From assembly GCA_003219265.1 (NCBI GenBank), contig QHQE01000001.1, positions 1 through 42,397 on the forward strand: 42,397 nt of DNA. Direction: 5' to 3'. This stretch comes from Verrucomicrobiota bacterium. GTDB taxonomy: Bacteria > Verrucomicrobiota > Verrucomicrobiia > Chthoniobacterales > UBA10450. This document shows positions 8,368 to 17,573 of the stretch, piece after piece. The position numbers were made by a program, and so were the translations under genes. The number at the start of each line of letters is the position of its first letter. Positions within the stretch are counted from its first letter, which is position 1. The notes beneath the pieces were generated by a model. That model saw only the letters and a program-made list of their open reading frames with translations. It was not told the DNA's origin and made no database searches.

Positions 8368-9681
8368 ATGGATCTTTCCATTATTGGTTCCGGTTACGTC
8401 GGTCTTGTCACCGGCGCTTGCTTCGCCGACGTGGGCCACAACGTTGTCTGCGTCGATAACGACCCGCGGAAAATCGAAGCGTTGCAAGCTGGTAAAGTGC
8501 CAATTTACGAGCCCGGTCTCGAGGAAGTGATCCATCGCAACGTCTCCGCGCATCGGTTGCGGTTCAGCGGCAGCATTCGGGAAGGGGTCGATAATTCACA
8601 GATCGTTTTCATCGCCGTCCCCACTCCGCAGCAGCCGAACGGCGATGTCGATCTTAGCTTCATCGAGAAAGTCGCCCGGGAAATCGCGGGCGTATTGACC
8701 AGCTATCGCGTGATTGTCGATAAAAGCACCGTGCCTGTGAAAACAGGCGAAAAAGTCGCCGAGTCCATCAAACGCTACAATCGCCACGGCGCGAAGTTTG
8801 ATGTTGTCAGCAACCCGGAGTTCTTGCGTGAAGGCTGCGCCGTCGGCGATTTGATGCATCCGGATCGCATTGTGATCGGGGCGCAAAGCGAACACGCCAT
8901 CGACCTGATGAAGAAGGTCTATGAACCATTCATGGCGCCAATTCTTGTGACCGACATTAACAGCGCCGAGCTCATCAAACACGCCGCCAATTCATTTCTC
9001 GCGCTCAAAATTTCCTATATCAATGCTCTCTCGGCGATCTGTGAGGCCAGCGGCGCAGATATCGAAAAAGTCGCCGATGGAATTGGAATGGACCGGCGTA
9101 TCGGTCGTGATTTTCTCAATGCCGGAATCGGTTACGGCGGTTCCTGTTTTCCTAAAGACATCGCCGCCTTCGTCACGATCTGCGAACAACTCGGTGTCCC
9201 GTTTAATTTACTCAAGGAAGTGCAGCGAATAAACACGGCGCAAGAAGAGCGTTTCCTTAAGGCCATCCGCGAAACGCTCTGGGTCTTGCGCGAAAAGAAA
9301 ATTGCTGTCTGGGGCCTCACATTTAAACCAGATACCGATGATATTCGCTCCTCTGTCGCGATCGACCTCGTGGCCGCTCTGTTGCGCGAAGGTGCGCACG
9401 TCACCGCTTACGATCCGAAGGGAATGGAAAAGGCGCGCGAGGTGAAAACGATTGCCGATGCTAAGTTCGCTTCGTCCGCGCTGGAAGCGACGGACGGCGC
9501 CGAAGCGTTGATTATTGCGACGGAATGGAGCGAATTCGCCAATGTCGATCTTGCTGTCGTGAAGAGAAACATGACGACGCCGATCGTCTTTGACGGGCGA
9601 AACCTGTTTGATCCCGAGACGATGGGCCAGCTCGGTTTCCGCTATCATTCCATTGGTCGCGCGAGCGTGAAGCCGCACTAA
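8368..9681 (+). CDS. ugd: UDP-glucose 6-dehydrogenase
   Basis: The N-terminal Rossmann motif is IGSGYVGLVTGACFA. The catalytic Cys is in GGSCFPKD. KVPIYEPGL is present and the 437-aa length fits. Confidence 0.93.
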   Translation: MDLSIIGSGYVGLVTGACFADVGHNVVCVDNDPRKIEALQAGKVPIYEPGLEEVIHRNVSAHRLRFSGSIREGVDNSQIVFIAVPTPQQPNGDVDLSFIEKVAREIAGVLTSYRVIVDKSTVPVKTGEKVAESIKRYNRHGAKFDVVSNPEFLREGCAVGDLMHPDRIVIGAQSEHAIDLMKKVYEPFMAPILVTDINSAELIKHAANSFLALKISYINALSAICEASGADIEKVADGIGMDRRIGRDFLNAGIGYGGSCFPKDIAAFVTICEQLGVPFNLLKEVQRINTAQEERFLKAIRETLWVLREKKIAVWGLTFKPDTDDIRSSVAIDLVAALLREGAHVTAYDPKGMEKAREVKTIADAKFASSALEATDGAEALIIATEWSEFANVDLAVVKRNMTTPIVFDGRNLFDPETMGQLGFRYHSIGRASVKPH

Positions 9682-9706
9682 ACTTTTCTCGCAGCGGACT
9701 GACCGC

Positions 9707-10963
9707 ATGGCGCAATCCTCTGCTCGCCGATCCGCGCTTGCCGCGATGCGAGCGTGGCGAACGGAAAAACGCTTCGCCCATTTGGTCATCTTCAAGCTTT
9801 TGGCCGAAACGAAATTGAGCGCGTCGGACCGTGCTTTTGCTTTGGACTTGTTTTACGGCGTCCTGCGCAATTCAACGCTGCTTGATTTCTGGATCGGTCG
9901 TCTGCGGACCGCTCCCGTGGATATCGATCTTCGCGACATCCTTCGACTCGGCCTTTATCAACTCTTTATCCTCGGAACTTCCGAGCACGCGGCCGTTTAC
10001 GAAACCGTGGAGTTGGCGCAGAAGAAGCACCGTGCATTGATTAACGGAATCCTGCGCGCCGGCCTGCGACGCAAAGATGAGTTGCGCGCTCAGGGAAACA
10101 CGCAGCCCCTCGACGTTCGAACATCTCATCCGAAATTTTTGGTCGCACGCTGGGAACAGAATTTCGGAGCCGAAGCCGCGGAAGCACTGTGCACGTGGAA
10201 CAACCAGGCACCGCCTCTGTATGCCCGGATCAACCGATTGAAAATCGATTGCGAAAAGTTCCTGCGGACTTATCCGGAATCGCGCCCTTTGTTGCACAAT
10301 CCTGACTTCGTTGAGCTGGACGCATTTCCATCCGAAGCGCTCGAGCGGGGTCATTGCTATATTCAGGATCCGAGCACGGCGATCGCTTGCCAGCTTCTCG
10401 ATCCGCAACCGGGAGAAAAAGTCCTCGATGCGTGCGCGGCGCCGGGCGGGAAGACAAGTTACATCGCAGAGCTCATGCGAAATCGCGGCATGATTGTGGC
10501 CTGCGACCGCGCATCGGAGCGCGTTCGCATCCTTGAAAAAAATATGGCGCAACTCGGGGTCAGAATTGCTCATGTCTTCCATCATGATTGGGGACGCGGG
10601 CGCATCCCGAAAGAAATTGCTTCGATCGCTCCGTTCGATCGCATCCTGATCGACGCACCATGCAGCAATACCGGGGTGATGCGACGGCGCGTCGATGTCC
10701 GATGGCAGTTAAAGCCGGCGAACTTTCTTCGCATGCAAAAGCAGCAGCTCGAAATTGTCCGCACGGTCTTCGGTTTATTGAGACCGAGCGGAGTGCTTGT
10801 CTATAGCACGTGCAGTCTGGAGCCGGAGGAAAATGAAGAACTCGTGCGGCGCGTCCTGGCTGACCTGTCGATGTTGCGATTGGAACGGACGAAGCATTCA
10901 ATTCCATTTCGCGACTACTTTGATGGCGCTTTTGCAGCGAGACTTATGAAGTCGGGTTCGTGA
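9707..10963 (+). CDS. rsmB: 16S rRNA (cytosine-C5)-methyltransferase RsmB/Sun family
   Basis: There is a NusB-like N-domain. The SAM motif is DACAAPGGKT, and DAPCSNTGV and YSTCSL carry the catalytic Cys motifs. Confidence 0.88.
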   Translation: MAQSSARRSALAAMRAWRTEKRFAHLVIFKLLAETKLSASDRAFALDLFYGVLRNSTLLDFWIGRLRTAPVDIDLRDILRLGLYQLFILGTSEHAAVYETVELAQKKHRALINGILRAGLRRKDELRAQGNTQPLDVRTSHPKFLVARWEQNFGAEAAEALCTWNNQAPPLYARINRLKIDCEKFLRTYPESRPLLHNPDFVELDAFPSEALERGHCYIQDPSTAIACQLLDPQPGEKVLDACAAPGGKTSYIAELMRNRGMIVACDRASERVRILEKNMAQLGVRIAHVFHHDWGRGRIPKEIASIAPFDRILIDAPCSNTGVMRRRVDVRWQLKPANFLRMQKQQLEIVRTVFGLLRPSGVLVYSTCSLEPEENEELVRRVLADLSMLRLERTKHSIPFRDYFDGAFAARLMKSGS

Positions 10964-11000
10964 GTTGCATCCGGCACTGTCGATGGAATCATAAGATTCG

Positions 11001-12128
11001 ATGCACGATCTTCGCTTTGACAAACTCGCGAAACTTCTGGTGGAATATTCCACACGGCTCAAGCGTAACGAAACCGTCTTGATCGAAGCGTTCGATGTGC
11101 CTGATGAAATGCCGATCGCGCTCATTCAGGCAATACGAAAGGTCGGCGCGATTCCTTTTGTACAAATTCACCGCGCTCGAGTCAGTCGCGCGCTCACACT
11201 CGGGGCGTCGGATCGACAATTGAAACTAATGGCGAGCCATGAGCTCGCGCGCATGAAGAAGATGGACGCATACATCGCAGTGCGCGGGAGCGACAACATC
11301 ACCGAGCTTTCTGATGTGCCGGTAAAGCAAATGCAGTTGATGGCGAAGAAAATGCGGCCGGTGCAAGATCAAAGGGTCAAAAAAACGAAATGGGTGGTGC
11401 TGCGCTGGCCGACGCCGTCGATGGCGCAGCTTGCCGGGATGAGCACCGAGGCCTTCGAAGATTTCTACTTTGAAGTCTGCACGCTGGATTACCGCAAACT
11501 GCGACCGGCCATGAAAGCGCTTAAGGCGCTGATGGAAAGGACGGACCGTGTCGAGATTAAGGGGGCGGGCACCGACGTCCGCTTTAGCATCAAGGGAATT
11601 CCAGCTGTTATTTGCGGAGGCGATCGCAATATTCCCGACGGCGAAGTTTTCAGCTGCCCCGTGAAAAATTCCGTTCAGGGTTGCGTCGCGTTCAACGCAC
11701 CGAGCATTTATCAGAGCACCGGCTTCGATGGCATCCGCCTGGAGTTTCGCGATGGCAAGATTGTCGATGCAACAAGCAACCAGACGGAGAAGCTGAACAA
11801 AATTCTCGATTCGGATGCCGGCGCCCGTTACCTCGGCGAGTTTTCGCTCGGATTTAATCCCCACGTTCTGCAACCGATGAGGGACATATTATTCGATGAG
11901 AAAATCGCCGGTTCGTTTCATCTCACGCCGGGACAGGCTTATGAAGAAGCCGATAATGGGAATCGAAGCCAGGTGCACTGGGACATGGTAAGCATCCAGC
12001 GGTCGGACTACGGTGGAGGGGAGATTTATTTCGACGGCAAATTGATCCGGCGAGACGGAGAATTTCTGCCCACGCAACTACGGTCGCTCAATCGCAGCCA
12101 TTTCGTTAAACGCGGCAGAAGATCGTAA
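11001..12128 (+). CDS. M29-family aminopeptidase (AmpS/PepS-like)
   Basis: Family-typical N-terminus ([22 protein letters not shown]). The [11 protein letters not shown] and HLTPG motifs are present. 375 aa. Confidence 0.85.
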   Translation: MHDLRFDKLAKLLVEYSTRLKRNETVLIEAFDVPDEMPIALIQAIRKVGAIPFVQIHRARVSRALTLGASDRQLKLMASHELARMKKMDAYIAVRGSDNITELSDVPVKQMQLMAKKMRPVQDQRVKKTKWVVLRWPTPSMAQLAGMSTEAFEDFYFEVCTLDYRKLRPAMKALKALMERTDRVEIKGAGTDVRFSIKGIPAVICGGDRNIPDGEVFSCPVKNSVQGCVAFNAPSIYQSTGFDGIRLEFRDGKIVDATSNQTEKLNKILDSDAGARYLGEFSLGFNPHVLQPMRDILFDEKIAGSFHLTPGQAYEEADNGNRSQVHWDMVSIQRSDYGGGEIYFDGKLIRRDGEFLPTQLRSLNRSHFVKRGRRS

Positions 12129-12202
12129 GCTAGAAGTTGCACGCGCGGCATCGGCGCGAAGTCCACGATTCCGCCGCATATAACGTAGCCATCCAACTCG
12201 CT

Positions 12203-15200
12203 TTACGCCCGCCTCGGGCCGTGACCGAGCAGATTGAGCTGCATCATTCCGATTTCGCCGGCGCCCGTGAGCTGCAAGTTTGCAATCTCGAACATCGGGA
12301 TGCCTTCGCTTGGGACCAGGCCCGCACCAGGCAACTGCACGGCAACCTGCTTGGAATTCGAATTCAGGACAATGGCCCCAATCTCAAACGACGGTGAAAA
12401 CTCGACCGTCCCAATCTGGAACGGAGCTGTTATCAGGACGGAGGCTTGTCCTTGCTGCGACGGAGTCAGTTGCAAAGGCGCAGCCTCGAAATTCGGGACG
12501 AGTTGCAACCCTCCGACCGTAAAGGAAGGCGAACCTGTGGCCGTCGGCCGCTGCTGTTGAGAGGGAGTCAATCGGACACTGCCAAGCGCTCCTCCCGCCG
12601 GCTGAATCTTTGCGATCTCGAAAGTGACCTGCAAATTCATTACTGGCTGCCCCTGTTGGGTAGGAGCCAGACGCATGGTGACGATCTTGGAGGTCGGCCG
12701 CACTTGCAAGGCACCCATTTTGAAGGTGGGCGTAAGTTGCATCGAGGCGATCTCGAAAGAGAAAGTGAGTTGCACGGCGGTGTGCATGGCGCCGGCCGGC
12801 TGCGGTGCGCCAGCGGGCTGCGGTGCACCTACGGCGGCTGGAGTTCTGGTTACTTGAGCGGTTGGGATTTGGATCGGTTCAGGCATGGTTACAGGTATGG
12901 TTGTTTGCGGGACTGACGGCTCGGTGGAAATGGCCTGCGGGACAAAAGAGGGCGTCTCGACAGCTTCCTCCACAGATGGTTCCATCGCGGAGACAGACAT
13001 TTGATACGGAATCGGTTGTCCTTGTCCGATCGGTTCTATCTCAGGCTCGATCACGGGCTCTGCTGTCGTCGTCCACGATTCAAACTCGGTGTCGATCGGT
13101 TCTACTTCAGGTTCAAACACAGGCTCCGCGACGGGCGCAGCCCCCATCACAATGACAGCAGCGGCCGCCATTTCCGAAACGGCAGGAGCGCCGTTCGTCC
13201 ATTCGATGGGCTCTTGCATTTCCGGCATTGGCGGAATGACTGGGGATAAAACCTCGGCACTTGGGGTGAAGTCGACGCTTGGAATCTCAACCTGTTCGAG
13301 GACAGGGCCAACTGAGGACTCAAAGATGGGCTCGGCGAGCGGCACCAACTCAACTTCGGCCTCGGGATTGCGATAAGCGAAAGTTTCCACCGCGCCAAGA
13401 GTTGCTCCTCCGCCGAAAGCGCGATCGAGTTTCCCCAGCGGCAGAACGCTGCGTCGCAACGAAGGTTCCGACGCTCTCAACTGGAGCGAGACCCGGCGCG
13501 GGCCACCAACGAAGTGATTGCTCACGGTCGCCAAGTGCTCTTGTGATGGAGCGAGAGTGACTTCGTCCAAGCGTGGTCCGGTAACGGGCGCTGCCTGGCG
13601 GTAAATCGTAATGTTGGTCAGGCGGCGGCGAACCTCAGGAGCGATCACCCGAGCCAACGGAACGATGACCCAAGCCAACAAGAAGATGCCGGCCAGGAGC
13701 AATCCGCCAACGAGCAACGTCTGCGGCGTCTCGCCCATGACAGGCCGGGACCACTCTCGGACGCGAGTCGGGGCGAGCACCGTGGCTGGCGTGGCAGCCA
13801 CGACAGCCGGGGCGCTGGCAGGCGCGGCCGATGGTAGCACCGAAGGCTGCGATTGAGCAGCAGCAGGTTGTTCACCCTGGCTGACAGGAGCAGCCGATGC
13901 AGCGATGGAAGCGGAAGGCGATGCTGCCGCAACCTGGGTTTCAACCGTAGGCGAGAACGCAGCTGCTGGAGCGGCAGCCGCCTCCTCCGGCTTCGCGGGG
14001 GCTTCATTTGAGGCCACAACGGGCGGCTGCGTAACCGCAACGGGAGATTCGGCCGCTCGCGAACTCGTCGCCTCCATTCCAGCAATCACCGGACTCGCGG
14101 CCGGCGAAGAAGAAGAAGGCGAAGATTCCGTCTTCGCTTCTTTGGCTGGATTATTTGCGGCTGCAACAGCGCTAGGAATCGGGCTGGGCTCGATTGCCGG
14201 GCTGGATTCAGTTGGCGCCGACATGGCAGCGGCTGCTTCAGTCGTCGGAGTGGAGGAAGCCACCATCGCTGGACTCTGCAGCCAGCCGAGATCATAGAAG
14301 GCATCCCCGAAAAGGTTGTTAAGGGCGGGCGAGTAGATCTTTTTGGCCGATGCAATCCAGTCGGTTGCTTTGTTCGGGTTGTTGTGCTGAAACTCCCAAG
14401 CTGCCTGCGCGTAGTACAGCGCCGGCGTGTCTCCCGTAAACTGGAACTGCTCCATCATCTTTTGCGCGCGGCTCTCTTTGCCTTCCAGCAAAAGCGTCAT
14501 GTAGATCTTGAACTTAATGATCTGCGCCGCCTGATTCTTATCGCCCCCTGGTGTCTGCTTAAAGAGCGCGTCGAAGCGCTCTCGCGCCCGTGTATAATCT
14601 TTTTTCTTAAACGGAATTTGCGCGAGATTGTATTGCGCCTCGCGGAATTTCGGATCCACTTTGGACGCCTTCTTAAACGCGGCTTCCGCTTCGTCGAATT
14701 CCTTCTGCTCCATCAAAATCTCGCCCCGCAAATTGAGGATCGGCGCCTGATTCGGGTCGGCCGCATTGGCCTCGTCGATAAATTTCCGCGCCGTCGCGAA
14801 GTCACGCTGTTGGACGGCTTGTTGCGCTTGTTCGAAACTTGAGAGCGCCAAAGCTTTGGTCTTTGCGGCGCGCTCGGCCGCAGTCGCTAACGGCAGCGAG
14901 GGGCGCGTCTGGCCGGCTGGCTTTTCCAGCCAGCCGACTTCATACAACGATTCTGCAAAAACCTTGTTCAGTTGTGGAGAAAAGTTCTTCTCCGCCACAA
15001 CGATCAAATCTCTTGCTTCCTTGTTCTTCTTGTGTTGGAGCGCGATGGCGGCGTTCGCGTAATGAACGGCCGGCGTATCGGGCGAAAGCTCGAACTTGGC
15101 CAGAATGGAATCGACCATGTTCTCTTTTCCCTCGAGCAGATAGGTCAGTAGAATCTTATATTGAATAAGTTGCGTCGCTTCACCCTCCAGACCGGCCACG

Positions 15201-15580
15201 TCACTCGAGAGAAGCTGTTGGAAACGAGTGCGAGCTCCCACCCAATCTCTCTTGAGAAACGGAATCTCCGCCAGGTTAAAGCGCGCGTTCCAAAACTTCG
15301 GATCGATCCGCACCGCTTCGAGCAAGGCTGCTTCCGCCTTGTCGTAGATGCCTTCCCGCATCAGGATTACGCCGCGCAGATTTTGCGATTCCGCCAGATC
15401 CGGTTGACGAGCGTCTATCGCATCGAGCTCTTTCAATGCCTCGGGAAAATTATTCGCCTCGAAATCCCGGAACGCTTTGTTATACATTTCCTCCAGTTCC
15501 GATTTCGACGGTGCAACGTTAGTGGCCGCGAGGGAACTGAACACCAAAACTGTGATGGCCGCGATTTTCCGAATGTTCAT
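12203..15580 (-). CDS. large bitopic envelope protein: signal peptide, 2 x ~190-aa TPR-containing modules, A/P/S/T-rich linker, TM helix, acidic P/E/V-rich region, C-terminal FEIxxxQLTP-like repeat array
   Basis: The start is placed at the ATG at 15580 (MNIRKIAAITVLVFSSLAATNVAPS), which is in frame with the 1442-aa ORF in the track. The upstream 317 codons overlap coaX in another frame and are rejected. The TM helix is LLVGGLLLAGIFLLAWVIVPLA (aa 621-643), followed by RRR, which is consistent with the positive-inside rule. 1125 aa. Confidence 0.75.
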   Translation of the reverse strand: MNIRKIAAITVLVFSSLAATNVAPSKSELEEMYNKAFRDFEANNFPEALKELDAIDARQPDLAESQNLRGVILMREGIYDKAEAALLEAVRIDPKFWNARFNLAEIPFLKRDWVGARTRFQQLLSSDVAGLEGEATQLIQYKILLTYLLEGKENMVDSILAKFELSPDTPAVHYANAAIALQHKKNKEARDLIVVAEKNFSPQLNKVFAESLYEVGWLEKPAGQTRPSLPLATAAERAAKTKALALSSFEQAQQAVQQRDFATARKFIDEANAADPNQAPILNLRGEILMEQKEFDEAEAAFKKASKVDPKFREAQYNLAQIPFKKKDYTRARERFDALFKQTPGGDKNQAAQIIKFKIYMTLLLEGKESRAQKMMEQFQFTGDTPALYYAQAAWEFQHNNPNKATDWIASAKKIYSPALNNLFGDAFYDLGWLQSPAMVASSTPTTEAAAAMSAPTESSPAIEPSPIPSAVAAANNPAKEAKTESSPSSSSPAASPVIAGMEATSSRAAESPVAVTQPPVVASNEAPAKPEEAAAAPAAAFSPTVETQVAAASPSASIAASAAPVSQGEQPAAAQSQPSVLPSAAPASAPAVVAATPATVLAPTRVREWSRPVMGETPQTLLVGGLLLAGIFLLAWVIVPLARVIAPEVRRRLTNITIYRQAAPVTGPRLDEVTLAPSQEHLATVSNHFVGGPRRVSLQLRASEPSLRRSVLPLGKLDRAFGGGATLGAVETFAYRNPEAEVELVPLAEPIFESSVGPVLEQVEIPSVDFTPSAEVLSPVIPPMPEMQEPIEWTNGAPAVSEMAAAAVIVMGAAPVAEPVFEPEVEPIDTEFESWTTTAEPVIEPEIEPIGQGQPIPYQMSVSAMEPSVEEAVETPSFVPQAISTEPSVPQTTIPVTMPEPIQIPTAQVTRTPAAVGAPQPAGAPQPAGAMHTAVQLTFSFEIASMQLTPTFKMGALQVRPTSKIVTMRLAPTQQGQPVMNLQVTFEIAKIQPAGGALGSVRLTPSQQQRPTATGSPSFTVGGLQLVPNFEAAPLQLTPSQQGQASVLITAPFQIGTVEFSPSFEIGAIVLNSNSKQVAVQLPGAGLVPSEGIPMFEIANLQLTGAGEIGMMQLNLLGHGPRRA
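12206..12781 (-). repeat. coding array of about 9-10 short degenerate repeats (core F-E-I-x-x-h-Q-L-T-P) at the C-terminus of the large protein
   Basis: Residues 934-1125 contain FEIASMQLTP, VTMRLAP, FEIAKIQP, SVRLTP, GGLQLVP, APLQLTP, FQIGTVEFSP, FEIGAIVL, VAVQLPG, FEIANLQLTG and GMMQLNL. The array is preceded by the direct repeat GAPQPAGAPQPAG. Confidence 0.7.
14273..15490 (-). repeat. internal tandem duplication (coding): two homologous ~190-aa TPR-containing modules, period about 216 aa
   Basis: Residues ~31-220 align by eye with residues ~247-436. Examples: NLRGVILMREGIYDKAEAALLEAVRIDPKFWNARFNLAEIPFLKRDW against NLRGEILMEQKEFDEAEAAFKKASKVDPKFREAQYNLAQIPFKKKDY, and LLTYLLEGKE...SPDTPAVHYANAA against MTLLLEGKE...TGDTPALYYAQAA. 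Confidence 0.8.
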
Positions 15581-15708
15581 GCCATTCGCATTACAACCTT
15601 TGCGCAACCGATGACAAGCATAAAATTTACAAGCCAGCCGGAGCCCTTTTCTGGCGCTATAATTAGCAGAATTGCGCCGGGAAGCTACCAGGCTTTTGGC
15701 GGGCGCGA

Positions 15709-16455
15709 TTACGAATTGAGATTCGCGACGATGCGCAACCCTTCCAAGGTCAGATGCGGATGGATCGCGTCGATCTCGCGCAACTTCGCCGCGATTAACT
15801 GTGCGTAGCCGCCCGTGGCTACGATGTGAACTTTCTCGCGCGGAAATCGCTCCGCTTTGATCCGGGTGATAATCTCGCGCACTAATCCGCGATAACCAAA
15901 GACGGCGCCGGACCTCATCGCGGCAATTGTCGATTTCCCAATGGCGCGGCGCGGTTCTATCAACGAGAGTTTGGGCAACAAAGCTGTGCGCTGATAAAGA
16001 AAATTTGTCATCGCCTCCAGACCCGGCGCAATCACTCCGCCAACATAATTTCGGCGTTTCGAAATAATATCGAAAGTCACAGCCGTGCCGAAATCCACCA
16101 CGATCGAAGGACAACCGTAAAGCTTTGCCACCGCGGCAGCATTGGCCAATCGGTCTGCTCCGATCGAACGCGGGTGTGGATAATCGATTCCAACCCCAAG
16201 ATTTAATCGCGAATTTAACCAAAGCACTTTTGTGTTTCCCGCAGCCGCGCGGACAACGCGATTTTTTCTGGGCACAACCGAACAAACAACCACCATCTCG
16301 ATCTTTCGGCGCTTTACGAATTGACGAAGACAAGCGCTCATCAATTTGTCCGTCGCCATTCGTCTCGGCCGAACAATTCGCGTTTTCGAAGCGAACGCCA
16401 GTTTCGTGAACGAATTGCTGATATCGATCAACAAGTAATCGGCCGCTTGAGACAT
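15709..16455 (-). CDS. coaX: type III pantothenate kinase
   Basis: ASKHA-fold motifs are present: LLIDISNSFTK (a variant of DIGNT), SIGADRLANA, VVDFGTAVTFD, GGVIAPG and VATGGYA. 248 aa. Confidence 0.88.
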   Translation of the reverse strand: MSQAADYLLIDISNSFTKLAFASKTRIVRPRRMATDKLMSACLRQFVKRRKIEMVVVCSVVPRKNRVVRAAAGNTKVLWLNSRLNLGVGIDYPHPRSIGADRLANAAAVAKLYGCPSIVVDFGTAVTFDIISKRRNYVGGVIAPGLEAMTNFLYQRTALLPKLSLIEPRRAIGKSTIAAMRSGAVFGYRGLVREIITRIKAERFPREKVHIVATGGYAQLIAAKLREIDAIHPHLTLEGLRIVANLNS

Positions 16456-16586
16456 GGAAAGAAGGCGGGCGCGCCAAGCACGCGCTACATGGAACGCTTC
16501 CTCCCGTCAAGTCCGGTCGCCGCGGCGACACGGACTCGTCCTATGGCGAGCTTGCGACGCCTGCGCCGAACGCGTAGCCTCGGTCT

Positions 16587-17573
16587 GTGAGAAAATTGGT
16601 GGATCGACCGCGCCGCTTGCGGCGTTCGCCGGCCTTGCGCAATCTCGTGCGCGAAACAAAACCCAGCCCGCACGATTTCGTTTTGCCACTTTTCGTGAGC
16701 GAGAAAATCGACCAGCGCCGGCCAATCGCGAGCATGCCAGGCGTCTTTCAATTGTCGATGCAAGGGATCGTCGATGAAGCGCAGCGCGCCCGGGACGTGG
16801 GGCTGCAAGCCATCCTGCTTTTCGGAATCCCGGAAAAAAAAGATGAACAGGCCAGTGGGGCTTACGCGGAAAACGGCGTCGTGCAAAAAGCATTGCGCGC
16901 GATCAAGAGAAAATGTCCGGAAATCGTCGCGATCACCGATGTTTGTTTGTGCGAATACATGAGTCACGGTCATTGCGGCGTCACGCGCATCGATGATGAT
17001 CACTTCCATGTTCTGAACGATGAGACTGTCGATCTTCTGGTCAAAACCGCGCTCTCCCATGCCCAGGCCGGCGCCGACCTGGTGGCACCAAGCGACATGA
17101 TGGACGGTCGCATCGGCGCGATTCGCGAGGCGCTCGACGCGGACGGTTTTGATCAAACTGGAATCCTGAGTTACGCGGCGAAGTTTGCTTCCGTCTTTTA
17201 CGGACCGTTTCGCGACGCCGCGGAAAGCCCGCCGCAATTTGGCGATCGCCGATCGTACCAGATGGATTGCGCAAATGCGGACGAAGCGCTGCGCGAAGTC
17301 GCGCTCGATATCGAGGAAGGCGCCGACATCGTGATGGTGAAACCGGCTCTGCCCTACATCGACATCCTATGGCGGGTGCGCGAACGTTTTGGCAAGCCGA
17401 CAGCGGCTTATCATGTGAGCGGCGAATACGCGATGATTAAAGCCGCGGCCGAAAAAGGCATCGTGGACGAGCGCGCGGCCGTTCTCGAGATCATGACCTC
17501 GCTCAAGCGCGCCGGCGCCGACATCATCATCACTTACTGGGCGCGAGAATTGGCGGAATGGACGCGAAATTGA
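16587..17573 (+). CDS. hemB: porphobilinogen synthase (delta-aminolevulinate dehydratase), zinc type
   Basis: RPRRLRRSPALRNLVRET N-terminus. The Cys-rich Zn site is DVCLCEYMSHGHCG. The active-site Lys is in IVMVKPALPY. The start is GTG at 16587, with nearby TTG and GTG alternatives. Confidence 0.95.
   Translation: MRKLVDRPRRLRRSPALRNLVRETKPSPHDFVLPLFVSEKIDQRRPIASMPGVFQLSMQGIVDEAQRARDVGLQAILLFGIPEKKDEQASGAYAENGVVQKALRAIKRKCPEIVAITDVCLCEYMSHGHCGVTRIDDDHFHVLNDETVDLLVKTALSHAQAGADLVAPSDMMDGRIGAIREALDADGFDQTGILSYAAKFASVFYGPFRDAAESPPQFGDRRSYQMDCANADEALREVALDIEEGADIVMVKPALPYIDILWRVRERFGKPTAAYHVSGEYAMIKAAAEKGIVDERAAVLEIMTSLKRAGADIIITYWARELAEWTRN

Noticed and set aside
15581-16531. The N-terminal 317 codons of the 1442-aa ORF in the track (12203..16531, minus strand).
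   Set aside because: This part overlaps the well-supported coaX gene (15709-16455) on the same strand in another frame and translates to low-information R/S/G/C-rich sequence. An in-frame ATG at 15580 gives a clean signal peptide. The long open frame looks like a GC-rich read-through artefact.
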